A DNA stretch of 30,511 nt from Silvanigrellaceae bacterium (GTDB lineage Bacteria; Bdellovibrionota_B; Oligoflexia; Silvanigrellales; Silvanigrellaceae): assembly GCA_049423385.1 (NCBI GenBank), contig JBMSQQ010000039.1, positions 1 to 30,511 on the forward strand, read 5' to 3'. Both the position numbers and the translations under genes were made by a program. Below the pieces are notes generated by a model that saw nothing but the letters and a program-made list of their open reading frames with translations, ran no database searches and was not told the DNA's origin. The stretch's first letter is position 1, and every line of letters begins with the position of its first letter. Of the stretch, positions 15,151 to 24,737 are shown one piece after another.

Positions 15151-18009
15151 ATGGTGAGCGAAAACTTTTCGGCCATCTTTCAGGCGAACGCTGCATTTGT
15201 GGAAGAGATGTTCCTCAAATACCGTGAGAATCCGATGTCGGTCAGTGAAGGCTGGCGGGCTTATTTTGAAGGATTCCATGAGGGATTTGAAACTGCGGTC
15301 AAGTTGAGACCAGCAGACACCCACACCAATGGCAACGGAAATGGCTTGGCTTACACAAATGGAAGTGCGGCCACCGCCGTTCCTGCCGACCAAATGGTCT
15401 TCGAAAGCAGAGCCGCGCAATTGGTGAACGCCTATTGCACATTCGGCCATCTGCAGGCGAACTTGAACCCCTTGGGAATCGAGCCTGTCGCGCACCCGGC
15501 ATTGGCTCTCGAAAATTTCGGCTTCACCCAGGCAGACATGACGCGAACAACCGCGGCAGGAATGTCAATCGGAATTGAACCCTGCTCGTTTGGCGAACTG
15601 CTCGCTGCACTGACCCGACGCTTCTGCGGGACAGTGGGTGTCGATATTCAACACATTGCAAATCCAACCGAGAGAAATTTTGTTTACGCCGCTCTCGATT
15701 CTCTCACCCAACCCGCGGATGCTAAAACCCAACTCTTTTTGTACACGGAACTTGCCAAGGCCGATGCCCTGGAAAAAACCATAGCGACAAAATTCATAGG
15801 CAAAAAACGCTTTTCCATTGAAGGAGCAGACGCACAAATCCCCGCTCTCGAAACTGTTTTCGACGTGGGTGCAGCTCTGGGAGCAAAAGAATTTGCGGTT
15901 GGCATGGCCCATCGTGGAAGATTGAACATTCTCGTCAATTGCATCGGCAAGCCCGTTGAACAACTGTTTGCCGAGTTCGAGGGATATCCGCACGAAGCAC
16001 TGCGCGGTGATGGCGACGTCAAATATCACGGTGGCCACGAATCAGAGCGCACCACCCGAAGTGGACATAACATCGGCGTTTCCCTTTCGTTCAATCCGAG
16101 TCACCTCGAATTTGTCGACTGCATCGTCATGGGCGAAGCTCGTGCGAAACAAATCAAGCATCACAACGGCGACAAGCAGGCCGTGATTCCCGTCGTGCTG
16201 CACGGCGATGCTGCGTTTGCTGGTCAGGGCGTCGTATACGAAACCCTTCAGATGATGAACCTCGACGGCTATTCGGTTGGCGGAACAATCCACATCGTCG
16301 CCAACAACCAGGTTGGATTCACCACCAATCCAAAAGATGGCCGCTCGGGATTGACAGTCGCCGACATCGGCAAGACCGTTCAAGCTCCCGTCTTTCACGT
16401 GAATGCGGACGACGTGGATGCCGTCCACAACGTGCTCAAACTGGCCACCGAATACCGACAACGCTTCAACAAGGACGTGATTGTCGAACTGATTTGCTTC
16501 CGCAGACATGGCCACAATGAAACCGATGAGCCCCGTTTCACGCAACCCCTGCTGTACAAGCGAGTGGACGCAAAGCAATCGCCTTACGAACAATTTGCCT
16601 CGAAGCTGACTCAGAGCGGTTCGGGCGAACCATTCACAAGTGAATCGTTGCAGGCCATTTATGACAATTTCAAATCTTCAATGAACGCAGCCTATGATCG
16701 CGTGAAAAACGAACACATCAAACTCGAGGAAAATGCTCCGCACCGCGGCTTCGACAAACTGCGTCGCCACGTGACAGCAGATGACATGCTCAAACCTTGC
16801 AAGACAGCGGTAAATGAAAAAACGCTCAAGGAACTGGGCCGCAAGCTGATTGAAACACCCGAGAGCTTCACTCCGAACGCGAAGCTCGCACGTATCATTC
16901 TGGCTGAGCGGCGAGAAATGTTGGACGAGAAAAAGCGTATCGACTGGGGCATGGGCGAATTGTTGGCTTACGCCAGCCTGCTGAACGAAGGCTACAGCAT
17001 TCGATTGGCGGGTCAGGACGCACGGCGCGGAACCTTCAGCCATCGCCATGGCACGCTCATCGATGCTCAAACTGGTGAGCATTTCACTTCACTCAAAAAC
17101 TGCACGCAAGCAGACTCGCGCATTGAAATCTGGGACAGCCTGTTGTCCGAGACGGCAGCGATGGGATTCGAATACGGCTATGCGACCCAACACGACAAGG
17201 CCTTGGTCATCTGGGAAGCCCAGTTCGGCGACTTTGCCAACGGCGCACAGGTGATCATCGACCAGTTCATCGCCTCCGGCGAAAGCAAGTGGGGCCAAAC
17301 GCAAGGACTCGTCCTGCTACTTCCTCATGGTTACGAAGGACAGGGTCCTGAACACTCGAGTGCCCGTTCCGAGCGCTTCCTGCAGATGGCGGCACAGGGC
17401 AACATGCAGGTATGCTATCTGACCAATGCCAAACAACTTTTCCATGCACTCCGGAGACAAGTCGTTCGCGACTTCCGTAAGCCGCTCGTCATCATGACTC
17501 CCAAAAGTTTCTTGCGAAACCCGCGCGCCACGGCAAGCTTCGATGAACTTTCACAGGGTCGATTTGAAGAAGTCCTTCTCGATCCGCGTACCGATATTTC
17601 CCCAGACAAAATCACACGGGTGATCTTCTGTACCGGAAAAATCGCACACGACCTGCTCGACAGCAGCGAAAAGCCCGACAACAAGCAAGGTTCAGCCAAC
17701 ACGGCTGTTGTTCGCATCGAACAGCTTCACCCCTTCCCGTACAAGGACGTTGAGAACGCACTCAAATCCTACCCGAAAGCAAAACATTGCTTTTGGATGC
17801 AGGAAGAACCACAAAACATGGGCCCTGCGACCTTCGTGCTGCCAAAAATTCAAAAAGTCCTCAACAAAGCCAATTCCAAAGCTTCTTTTGGCTACATCGG
17901 GCGCTCCGAACGGGCGAGTCCGGCAGTGGGACTCGAAAAACTTCACCTCAAGGAACAGGAAAAACTGCTCATCGCAGGCTGGAACAGCACAGAGAACGTA
18001 GAAATCTAA
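15151..18009 (+). CDS. sucA: 2-oxoglutarate dehydrogenase E1 component
   Basis: KRFSIEG, GMAHRGRLN, GDVKYH, HGDAAFAGQG (ThDP), RRHGHNE, WEAQFGDFANGAQ and LPHGYEGQGPEHSSAR motifs. SD GGAGG. Confidence 0.97.
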   Translation: MVSENFSAIFQANAAFVEEMFLKYRENPMSVSEGWRAYFEGFHEGFETAVKLRPADTHTNGNGNGLAYTNGSAATAVPADQMVFESRAAQLVNAYCTFGHLQANLNPLGIEPVAHPALALENFGFTQADMTRTTAAGMSIGIEPCSFGELLAALTRRFCGTVGVDIQHIANPTERNFVYAALDSLTQPADAKTQLFLYTELAKADALEKTIATKFIGKKRFSIEGADAQIPALETVFDVGAALGAKEFAVGMAHRGRLNILVNCIGKPVEQLFAEFEGYPHEALRGDGDVKYHGGHESERTTRSGHNIGVSLSFNPSHLEFVDCIVMGEARAKQIKHHNGDKQAVIPVVLHGDAAFAGQGVVYETLQMMNLDGYSVGGTIHIVANNQVGFTTNPKDGRSGLTVADIGKTVQAPVFHVNADDVDAVHNVLKLATEYRQRFNKDVIVELICFRRHGHNETDEPRFTQPLLYKRVDAKQSPYEQFASKLTQSGSGEPFTSESLQAIYDNFKSSMNAAYDRVKNEHIKLEENAPHRGFDKLRRHVTADDMLKPCKTAVNEKTLKELGRKLIETPESFTPNAKLARIILAERREMLDEKKRIDWGMGELLAYASLLNEGYSIRLAGQDARRGTFSHRHGTLIDAQTGEHFTSLKNCTQADSRIEIWDSLLSETAAMGFEYGYATQHDKALVIWEAQFGDFANGAQVIIDQFIASGESKWGQTQGLVLLLPHGYEGQGPEHSSARSERFLQMAAQGNMQVCYLTNAKQLFHALRRQVVRDFRKPLVIMTPKSFLRNPRATASFDELSQGRFEEVLLDPRTDISPDKITRVIFCTGKIAHDLLDSSEKPDNKQGSANTAVVRIEQLHPFPYKDVENALKSYPKAKHCFWMQEEPQNMGPATFVLPKIQKVLNKANSKASFGYIGRSERASPAVGLEKLHLKEQEKLLIAGWNSTENVEI

Positions 18010-18058
18010 GATACTCTGGACCCCTGTTTCCAAACAGCTCAACCACACCAGAATCCTT

Positions 18059-18092
18059 GGCTCCATCCCACGTGGTGGGGCTTTCTTTCTTA
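18059..18092 (+). terminator. Possible intrinsic terminator after sucA
   Basis: GCTCCAT-CCCACGTG-GTGGGGC stem with G-U pairs (alternative stem CCCAC/GTGGG), followed by TTTCTTTCTT. Confidence 0.45.
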
Positions 18093-18208
18093 TCGGTAAG
18101 AATCACCCCCAGATCCTTGCCGGCCAGCCAAACTCCTGCCAATCCATCATGCAGAAATAAACGACAATCGCTATTCAGCTCTGAACAGATCGCAAGAGGG
18201 GAGACTTC

Positions 18209-19018
18209 ATGCAACCGGGGAATCCATCCGTCGACGACAGCGGGACTCGACAACGTTGTGTCGAAGACAACATCGGCTATGTGATGCTGAGCGAGATTCT
18301 CCGGGCCCAAAGCCACAGCATCCTGACCCTTCTTCGCAAGGAAAGCCCTGACCTCAATTCAATCAAGCGCATTGCACTCAAGATGCATATTTCTACCGAC
18401 AACCTGGGAGCCAACGCCGGTTTGATAGACTCCAGAGAACAAAATCAGGGCTTGTTCGATCAGCCGAACAACGAACCCGCTTCTGTTCAGTCCATTGTCG
18501 AGATGTGTGAAGTTGCGGCAAGCCACAGACTCTCTGAACTTCAACTGGATCTGCATTATCCAGAATCCATCCCGGCAGAAAAATTCGCGTTGGGTGATGC
18601 CTGGGAGTTGGCGTACGTGTTGTTCCTCATTCTCGTTCAAAGCGGGAAAAAACTTGCCAGTTCCGGCACATCGGTGGCCGGTTCCCCGGCAAAACGCCGC
18701 AGCGTGATTTTGCAGTTGCTCTGCGAGCAGGACTTTGTCGATCTCGTGGTTCCAAACACCTCACCACTTTCACCTCACTTGGCAGGCAAGGTTCCCGCGC
18801 AAGCGGGTTCAGTGGCGTTTGATCAATCTGAGTGGCGTTGTCTTCAGCGGCTTGTCGCAAAGAACAATGCTCATCTTCACGAACAAAGAATCATCAACGA
18901 AGGGTTTGGCGACTACGGCGTCGTTTTAAGGATCCCCACGTTTCATCCCGGTCATGAGGAGCCTCTCGACTTCCTCAAAGTGGTCGACCTGCAGAACGGT
19001 TCGAAAGTGAAGGTTTGA
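18209..19018 (+). CDS. Hypothetical protein resembling a degenerate histidine kinase (HATPase_c-like fold without ATP-binding boxes)
   Basis: Strong SD (GAGGGGAG). Segments GDAWELAYVLFLILVQS, VDLVVPNTSP, CLQRLVAKNNAHL and YGVVLRIP occur in the order and spacing of kinase N, G1, G2 and G3 regions. Overlaps the convergent gene by 44 nt. Confidence 0.6.
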   Translation: MQPGNPSVDDSGTRQRCVEDNIGYVMLSEILRAQSHSILTLLRKESPDLNSIKRIALKMHISTDNLGANAGLIDSREQNQGLFDQPNNEPASVQSIVEMCEVAASHRLSELQLDLHYPESIPAEKFALGDAWELAYVLFLILVQSGKKLASSGTSVAGSPAKRRSVILQLLCEQDFVDLVVPNTSPLSPHLAGKVPAQAGSVAFDQSEWRCLQRLVAKNNAHLHEQRIINEGFGDYGVVLRIPTFHPGHEEPLDFLKVVDLQNGSKVKV

Positions 19019-20030
19019 GAGCGGCATCCCATGCATCCATGGACTGTGGATCTCCCTGAAAACGACGACCGTTCACAAACACAGTCGGCGTGCCGGAAAC
19101 CCCGATTCTTTCCCCTTCCCTGACATCCGATTCAATCAGTTTTGCAGTTGCCTCATCGCCACGGCACTTGTCGAAGTCTCCAACTTTGAGCGACAATGCC
19201 TTGCTCATTTCCGCGAAAATCTTTTCCTCAGCCAGCCGCTCCTGTGCGTCAAAAACCCACTTCTTTGCATCCGACAACTTGCCTTGAAGTGACGCACAGT
19301 AAACTGCCGCAGCTGCATCTTTCGCCTGCTTGTGAAAGCTCAATGGAAAATGCCGAACCTCCCAACTGATTTGAGCCCCATATTTTTTGAGCACCTCGCC
19401 GGTGATGGCTGAAAGTTTCTTGCAATAGGGACACTGAAAATCTGTAAACTCGACAATCCGGATCGTCTCCTTGGGATTGCCAAGAACCGGCTGTGGACTG
19501 CGGGAAATCTCAACGACAGGAGCCTGAGGTTGTTTCAGTACAAGTTTGATTTCACCTTTTTCGATTGCCTTGTCCGTTGCCTCGGTGAGGGCTTTTGAGC
19601 GATTCTGCGCGGTCAAATATCGCTCCAGGACCTTGCCCCGCTCTCCAACCGGCAATTGAAGCAACTGCTTTTCATCCTTGAATGTTTCAAGCGCCTTGTC
19701 GACCTCGGTGGAGGTCGGAGCGAATTTGCGGTTGAGCCATTTTTCCTCTGCAGCAAAGGGATGATCCTTGTCGTTGAGTTTCGCAAACGGCGCAATCTTG
19801 AGTTCCACGTATCGCTGACGCGCCAACCCCTCAACAGCCTTGAAGTGATTCAATTCCATTTCATGCAATCGGTTTTGATCCGATGCAGACAAGTCCTTCG
19901 AGGAATAAGTTGTCCCATCAATCTGGAACAACGACTGCCTTCCATCAACCTCTGCAGCAAACGATGGACGAGGGCTCAACAAAAACGAAAAAGAAACAAT
20001 TGATAAAATGCCAATACGAAAGTTGCTCAT
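18975..20030 (-). CDS. DsbA-family thioredoxin-fold oxidoreductase with N-terminal helical domain
   Basis: Signal peptide, IVEFTDFQCPYC, RHFPLSFH and GVSGTPTVFVNG motifs. SD GGAGGAG. Confidence 0.9.
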   Translation of the reverse strand: MSNFRIGILSIVSFSFLLSPRPSFAAEVDGRQSLFQIDGTTYSSKDLSASDQNRLHEMELNHFKAVEGLARQRYVELKIAPFAKLNDKDHPFAAEEKWLNRKFAPTSTEVDKALETFKDEKQLLQLPVGERGKVLERYLTAQNRSKALTEATDKAIEKGEIKLVLKQPQAPVVEISRSPQPVLGNPKETIRIVEFTDFQCPYCKKLSAITGEVLKKYGAQISWEVRHFPLSFHKQAKDAAAAVYCASLQGKLSDAKKWVFDAQERLAEEKIFAEMSKALSLKVGDFDKCRGDEATAKLIESDVREGERIGVSGTPTVFVNGRRFQGDPQSMDAWDAALKPSLSNRSAGRPL

Positions 20031-20126
20031 GGTTCTCCTCCAATAGCGGGTTGCCTGCCATTAAAGATGAACCTGAAAATTTGACAAGTTCGAATTCTCG
20101 CAATTCGGTGAGGATTGGATCGAGCG

Positions 20127-20612
20127 TCAGAATTCCCGGGCAGTCTTTCGGGAGCGTCGGTGCCCACGGGCAATGCGCTTCAAAAAGTAACTTTGCCGGA
20201 CCGACAACTCCGTTCTCTCGGCTTCAAACGTCAGCATGCGTGCGCGCGATACACCAAGCCCGATACCCGTCACCAAGCCCAACACAAGCGCCACAAGGAA
20301 CAAACCGTAGAGAATTGGCATGACAAATGGCTGGGTTTCGGGCGAAACAAAATTGACAAACCAATCGGGCTTCAGCTGGTAGAGCTTTCGCACAACTACC
20401 GCAGCAATTCCGACGGGTGCTGCAAAAAGCAACGCGGAAAGCAATGGGTATGTCACAATAACCCAACGCGCAGCCCGTCGCCACGACATCACTCGTCGAA
20501 AATGCTCAAAATAATTTCTCTTCATGTATTTCTGGAACGGATCTTCCATCACTGTCTTTGCGGTTTTCGACGGCGCAGCAGAGCCGCGCGCCGGCTTTCC
20601 TGAAGAAGACAT
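20127..20612 (-). CDS. Hypothetical inner-membrane protein with two TM helices
   Basis: Two hydrophobic stretches flanked by basic regions. Co-oriented between the acyltransferase and the DsbA-like gene. Start uncertain. Confidence 0.65.
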   Translation of the reverse strand: MSSSGKPARGSAAPSKTAKTVMEDPFQKYMKRNYFEHFRRVMSWRRAARWVIVTYPLLSALLFAAPVGIAAVVVRKLYQLKPDWFVNFVSPETQPFVMPILYGLFLVALVLGLVTGIGLGVSRARMLTFEAERTELSVRQSYFLKRIARGHRRSRKTAREF

Positions 20613-20708
20613 ATTGGAATCCCGAGTGGAATAATTTTGTCGCGACACTTCCAACACCTTTCTGGTCTTTGAATCTCGTCAAGAATCAACCTGTGTGAGT
20701 CTCAAACT

Positions 20709-22106
20709 TCACGCCAGTCTGCCAAGGCGCGCCCGCTCTGCTCTATCCCTCTCGATTGTCTTTCGATTGACGTTGTCAATCTTGCCAAGGACCGCTTCAC
20801 TGACACTCCGCCACTCACCAATCACCTCGCGCCATCCGCGCGGGAAGAAAAATCTCAATTTTGCCAATCTCCAATAACCCGGAAAGTAATCCCTGCGCTC
20901 GCTGGAGAGCAAACCAAGAAACAGGATCACCGGTCCGGAAAGGAACCCTGAAACCATTGCGATTGTTGAATTCAAATCCGGCCAAATCGTCAACATCAAC
21001 TTTTGAACCGTCAAGGTGCCAAGACAAATCCAAATCAAAAAGACGTAAAGTCCATGACCAATCTTCATCGTTGCAACAACATCACGGTCGCGGGTGCTGA
21101 TGTCAGCCAAAAACCCGGCCAATCGTTGCGGAATGAACCAGACAAAGAAACTCAAATATTCAACCGGGGCAGCCACGAGCCAATAGAACAGACCACGGGT
21201 GAGAACCATTTTGAAAAAAGAACGCTTCTTGTCATGAGCGTCTCCCCAGACAATCTGTGCAGCGGAAATATTCATCGCCAAAAGCATTCTGCGCATCGTC
21301 TGGACCCGCGCCAAAAACACCGGATCCTCATTGAACTCGGGTCGGTAGGCGTCGACGAACATTCTGAACTCGCGGGCACTCTGCGGTGCGCGTCCGTATG
21401 CAATTTCAAAAATGAAAAGCCAGTTCCGCTTTTCATCCCATGTGGTGAATTGGGCAAAGGCATCCAGGATGGAATTCTCCAATGCGGACATCAGATCTTC
21501 CACCGAAGTTTCACTGGTGGTCACCGCCACAGGTTCGCAATAATGAATGGCAATATCCGAACGGTATTCATCCTTTTCAAAGTAATCGATGGCGACCGGC
21601 TGCAAGACCACGCCAAAGTCCGGCGATTTTGCATGGGCCATGGCCTGCAACGCCATGCGGGCTATACCCGTCTTCAGCTTCTGCAGGTACGGCAGGTCAT
21701 GACTGATCCCCTCAGGAAAAATCAAAATCCGATCGCCATTCAAAAGAGCATCTGCAATTGCCTGGAAGGCTTCACTGTTGGCGGACGCCCTCCACTCCTT
21801 TTCGCTCACTCCCCGTTCCAGAGCCTGCTTGTGCGCAATGGCTTCGAGCATCATGTCCTGGGTGCGCCGTACCGGTATGGCCCGGGCAGCCATCAACAAC
21901 GGACGCATCACGGGATGAGAAAAGAGCGTGTGCTTGGAAATGGGCCGGAGCGGAACAGGTGCCACACCAAACATCAAGGCCGGGTCGACAATGCCACTCT
22001 GGTGATTGGGTGCCCAAATCGCGCTGGGGCCCATGTAAGGCGATCCGGAAACCGAAATCCTGCGAAAGAATATTCGGCAGACCAGGAAGGCGAGCACTCT
22101 CAGCAT
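20709..22106 (-). CDS. Lysophospholipid/glycerol-3-phosphate acyltransferase (PlsC superfamily) with C-terminal TM helices
   Basis: NHQSGIVD block I-like motif, IPVRR, IFPEGISH and LKTGIARMAL. Confidence 0.88.
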   Translation of the reverse strand: MLRVLAFLVCRIFFRRISVSGSPYMGPSAIWAPNHQSGIVDPALMFGVAPVPLRPISKHTLFSHPVMRPLLMAARAIPVRRTQDMMLEAIAHKQALERGVSEKEWRASANSEAFQAIADALLNGDRILIFPEGISHDLPYLQKLKTGIARMALQAMAHAKSPDFGVVLQPVAIDYFEKDEYRSDIAIHYCEPVAVTTSETSVEDLMSALENSILDAFAQFTTWDEKRNWLFIFEIAYGRAPQSAREFRMFVDAYRPEFNEDPVFLARVQTMRRMLLAMNISAAQIVWGDAHDKKRSFFKMVLTRGLFYWLVAAPVEYLSFFVWFIPQRLAGFLADISTRDRDVVATMKIGHGLYVFLIWICLGTLTVQKLMLTIWPDLNSTIAMVSGFLSGPVILFLGLLSSERRDYFPGYWRLAKLRFFFPRGWREVIGEWRSVSEAVLGKIDNVNRKTIERDRAERARLGRLA

Positions 22107-22192
22107 GTAAACTCCGATAGTTTGTTCTCCTTGGATTTTAACGTAAGATGGTTGCTTGATGCAGAATAGCCGTCAAAGGCTCCCCTCTGCCG

Positions 22193-22921
22193 GTGAATTG
22201 CTTGCCCTTTATCAGGAGTTCTCCATTGCCGCACACTCTGCCGTCCACGTCGCTCAAATGGAATCAGGCGGGGCGCGCGCTCAACCTGGACATCCCTCTG
22301 GAATGCATCGTGCGACAAACCTCGGAGTCGCCGCAAAAAGTGATTTTTGCATTGCACGGGTTCGGCGACAATGCGCGCAACTTTTCCGAACTGGCAGATG
22401 AATTCAAACTGCCCGATACCCTCTGGGTCTTTCTGCAGGCACCCGAAAGACTCCCGTTTCCAGGAGATGGCGGGCAATGGTATGAACTTTTTGGCAATCC
22501 CCACCCGCAGTTCAAGTCATCATGTGAAAAAGTCAGAATCACGCTCGAATCCTTCAAGGCACAATCCGGTTTGGACTGGAAAAACATTTTCTTGTTTGGG
22601 TTCTCTCAAGGATCTTTTGTTTCTTTGCACAGTGGCTTGACGCTTCCTCACCGGCTTGGAGGCGTCGTGGCTCTCAGCGGCTACCTGGCCCACACTCACC
22701 GTCTGACGCCACCCGCTCCCGAAAGGCTTGAATTGCCAATATTTCTTGCCCATGGTTTGAATGACCAGGTTGTTTTTCCTGCCCAGCATTTCGAAACACT
22801 CGATATTCTATCTCATTTCGGATTCCGCAAGGTCACGGCAAAAACCTATCGGGGTGTTGCACACGGACTTTGCGCCGAGGAGATATTCGATATCAGATCC
22901 TTCTTCGAGGGCATCTCTTGA
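22193..22921 (+). CDS. Phospholipase/carboxylesterase (alpha/beta hydrolase, Abhydrolase_2-like)
   Basis: LHGFGD, GFSQG nucleophile elbow, HGLNDQVV and VAHG give a complete triad. Start codon uncertain. Confidence 0.88.
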   Translation: MNCLPFIRSSPLPHTLPSTSLKWNQAGRALNLDIPLECIVRQTSESPQKVIFALHGFGDNARNFSELADEFKLPDTLWVFLQAPERLPFPGDGGQWYELFGNPHPQFKSSCEKVRITLESFKAQSGLDWKNIFLFGFSQGSFVSLHSGLTLPHRLGGVVALSGYLAHTHRLTPPAPERLELPIFLAHGLNDQVVFPAQHFETLDILSHFGFRKVTAKTYRGVAHGLCAEEIFDIRSFFEGIS

Positions 22922-24384
22922 GCCACAAACTTATCCCGGATGCCAAATCGATAAATTTGCGCACTGACGACCTGTCGATGCTCTCGGAAGTTGAGCGCAG
23001 TATTGCGCTCGAACAGGCAAGGCTCCAGCTCGAACAACGTGCCCAGGGTGGGATGAATGCCTATCTTGTGAGCGTCGAACTCATCGAGGACGATCCGCAG
23101 CAAATCCAGGAAAGCCTCGTTGAACTTGGCAGTCTCGTACGTTCGCTTGGCGATGAGCCGGTGGGGGTCACAGTCCAAAAGCGTTCACGCATCGTGCCCG
23201 CAACCCTCATTGGCACAGGTAAAGCCGAGGAGCTGAGAACGGCTGCGAAAGAACTCAAGATCGACTACGTGGTTTTCGACCAGGAACTTTCTCCATCGCA
23301 GGTCAGAAACCTTGAACAAATCATCGAACGACCCATTCTTGACCGCGCAGGAGTCATCCTTCAGATCTTCCGGAAGAATGCCAAAACCCGCGAGGCAAAA
23401 ACCCAGGTTGAGATTGCCCATCTCGAATATCTTGCACCACGGATCTCGAACTCATGGATTGCATTCGAGCGACAACGGGGTGGTGGCTCCGGAGGCACTC
23501 GCCTGAAGGGCGCGGGCGAAACCCAGCTCGAACTCGACAAGCGCCGCATCAGAGAAAAAATTGCCTCACTCCGCAAGGATCTCGAGCGCATCCAGACAGA
23601 GCGCAGCACACAGCGAAAATTGCGTTCCGAGGAATTCAACGTGGTCCTCGTGGGCTACACGAATGCCGGCAAGACCACCTTGATGAATGCACTCACGGAC
23701 AGTCATCTGTCTGCCAAGGATGCTCTGTTTGAAACTCTCGATTCTGCCGTGCGTACGCTCAAGGGCGCGCACAATCCACGCGTCCTGGTGACCGACACGG
23801 TAGGATTCATACGCAGTATTCCACATGGACTCGTGGCAAGCTTTCGATCGACACTCCAGGAAGCGGCACGGGCAGATCTTCTCTTGCACGTGGTTGACGT
23901 CAGCCACCCACGCTACAAGGATCATATCCGTGTGACCGACGACGTTCTCAAGGAAGTGGGCGCCGGCGACGTGGAACGGATGTACGTATTCAACAAGATC
24001 GATTCCCTCAAGGGAGAACCTCGGCTTGCAAAAATTCTCGCACGTGCCTATCGGAATGCCGTTTGTGTGAGTGCACAGCAGCCCGACGACATTCGAAAGC
24101 TGCGCGACGCACTGGTTGAGTTCTTCAGCCGCAATATGCTCGAATTGACGCTCAACGTCGGCTACGACGACACATCGCTCATGGGTAGTATTTATGCTCA
24201 TTCCCGTGTGCTTTCGACAGAATGGACGGATGAAAATGCACAATTCCGAATCCGGGTTTCTCGCGCAAATGCGCGCCGTTACTTTATGAATCACATTCCT
24301 TCGGGCGAACTCGGAAAGTACGGATTGTCTCCGGACGAAGATGAATTTGCCCAGGGCGTTTCCCACGAAGGCACCAGACCATGA
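22918..24384 (+). CDS. hflX: GTPase HflX
   Basis: IGTGKAEEL, ELSPSQVRNLE, GAGETQLELD, VGYTNAGKTT, DTVGFI and NKID motifs. Likely TTG start overlapping the esterase stop. Confidence 0.95.
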   Translation: MSHKLIPDAKSINLRTDDLSMLSEVERSIALEQARLQLEQRAQGGMNAYLVSVELIEDDPQQIQESLVELGSLVRSLGDEPVGVTVQKRSRIVPATLIGTGKAEELRTAAKELKIDYVVFDQELSPSQVRNLEQIIERPILDRAGVILQIFRKNAKTREAKTQVEIAHLEYLAPRISNSWIAFERQRGGGSGGTRLKGAGETQLELDKRRIREKIASLRKDLERIQTERSTQRKLRSEEFNVVLVGYTNAGKTTLMNALTDSHLSAKDALFETLDSAVRTLKGAHNPRVLVTDTVGFIRSIPHGLVASFRSTLQEAARADLLLHVVDVSHPRYKDHIRVTDDVLKEVGAGDVERMYVFNKIDSLKGEPRLAKILARAYRNAVCVSAQQPDDIRKLRDALVEFFSRNMLELTLNVGYDDTSLMGSIYAHSRVLSTEWTDENAQFRIRVSRANARRYFMNHIPSGELGKYGLSPDEDEFAQGVSHEGTRP

Positions 24385-24737
24385 GCAATCAACAGCAGGG
24401 CACACCGGTTGCCCCCACCATTGGCGACAAAACCGTTCCTGAATCCATCCACGGCAAGACTTTGGAACTCAAGGAAATTGAAACCAGGCTCGGTCACTTG
24501 CCGGCAGAAACATGGGCCGTGTCGGACTTGCACAAGCGGTTTTCCGATCCCGATCAATTGGCCCACAGTTCGATGCTCGAGCAACGCACCGAGGTTCTGT
24601 TCCGTGAAATCGCTGGCGAGCTCCACGATTTGGGTTGGACACTTTCGGAAATTGCCCAGGCCATCAACACGACGGTGTCCTATGCCGGCGGACCCAAATA
24701 TTGCAACGAAGAAGAGGTTGCAGAGGTACTCGGATGA
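24381..24737 (+). CDS. Hypothetical acidic protein, 118 aa
   Basis: Fills the gap between hflX and murB exactly, with ATGA overlaps at both ends. Confidence 0.75.
   Translation: MSNQQQGTPVAPTIGDKTVPESIHGKTLELKEIETRLGHLPAETWAVSDLHKRFSDPDQLAHSSMLEQRTEVLFREIAGELHDLGWTLSEIAQAINTTVSYAGGPKYCNEEEVAEVLG

Noticed and set aside
17969..18316. 115-aa minus-strand ORF spanning the sucA downstream gap
   Set aside because: Overlaps both sucA and the SD-supported ORF at 18209, covers a terminator-like hairpin and has no recognisable motif. Not fully excluded.
21003..22169. 388-aa plus-strand ORF
   Set aside because: Antisense shadow of the acyltransferase.
23566..24405. 279-aa minus-strand ORF
   Set aside because: Antisense shadow of hflX.
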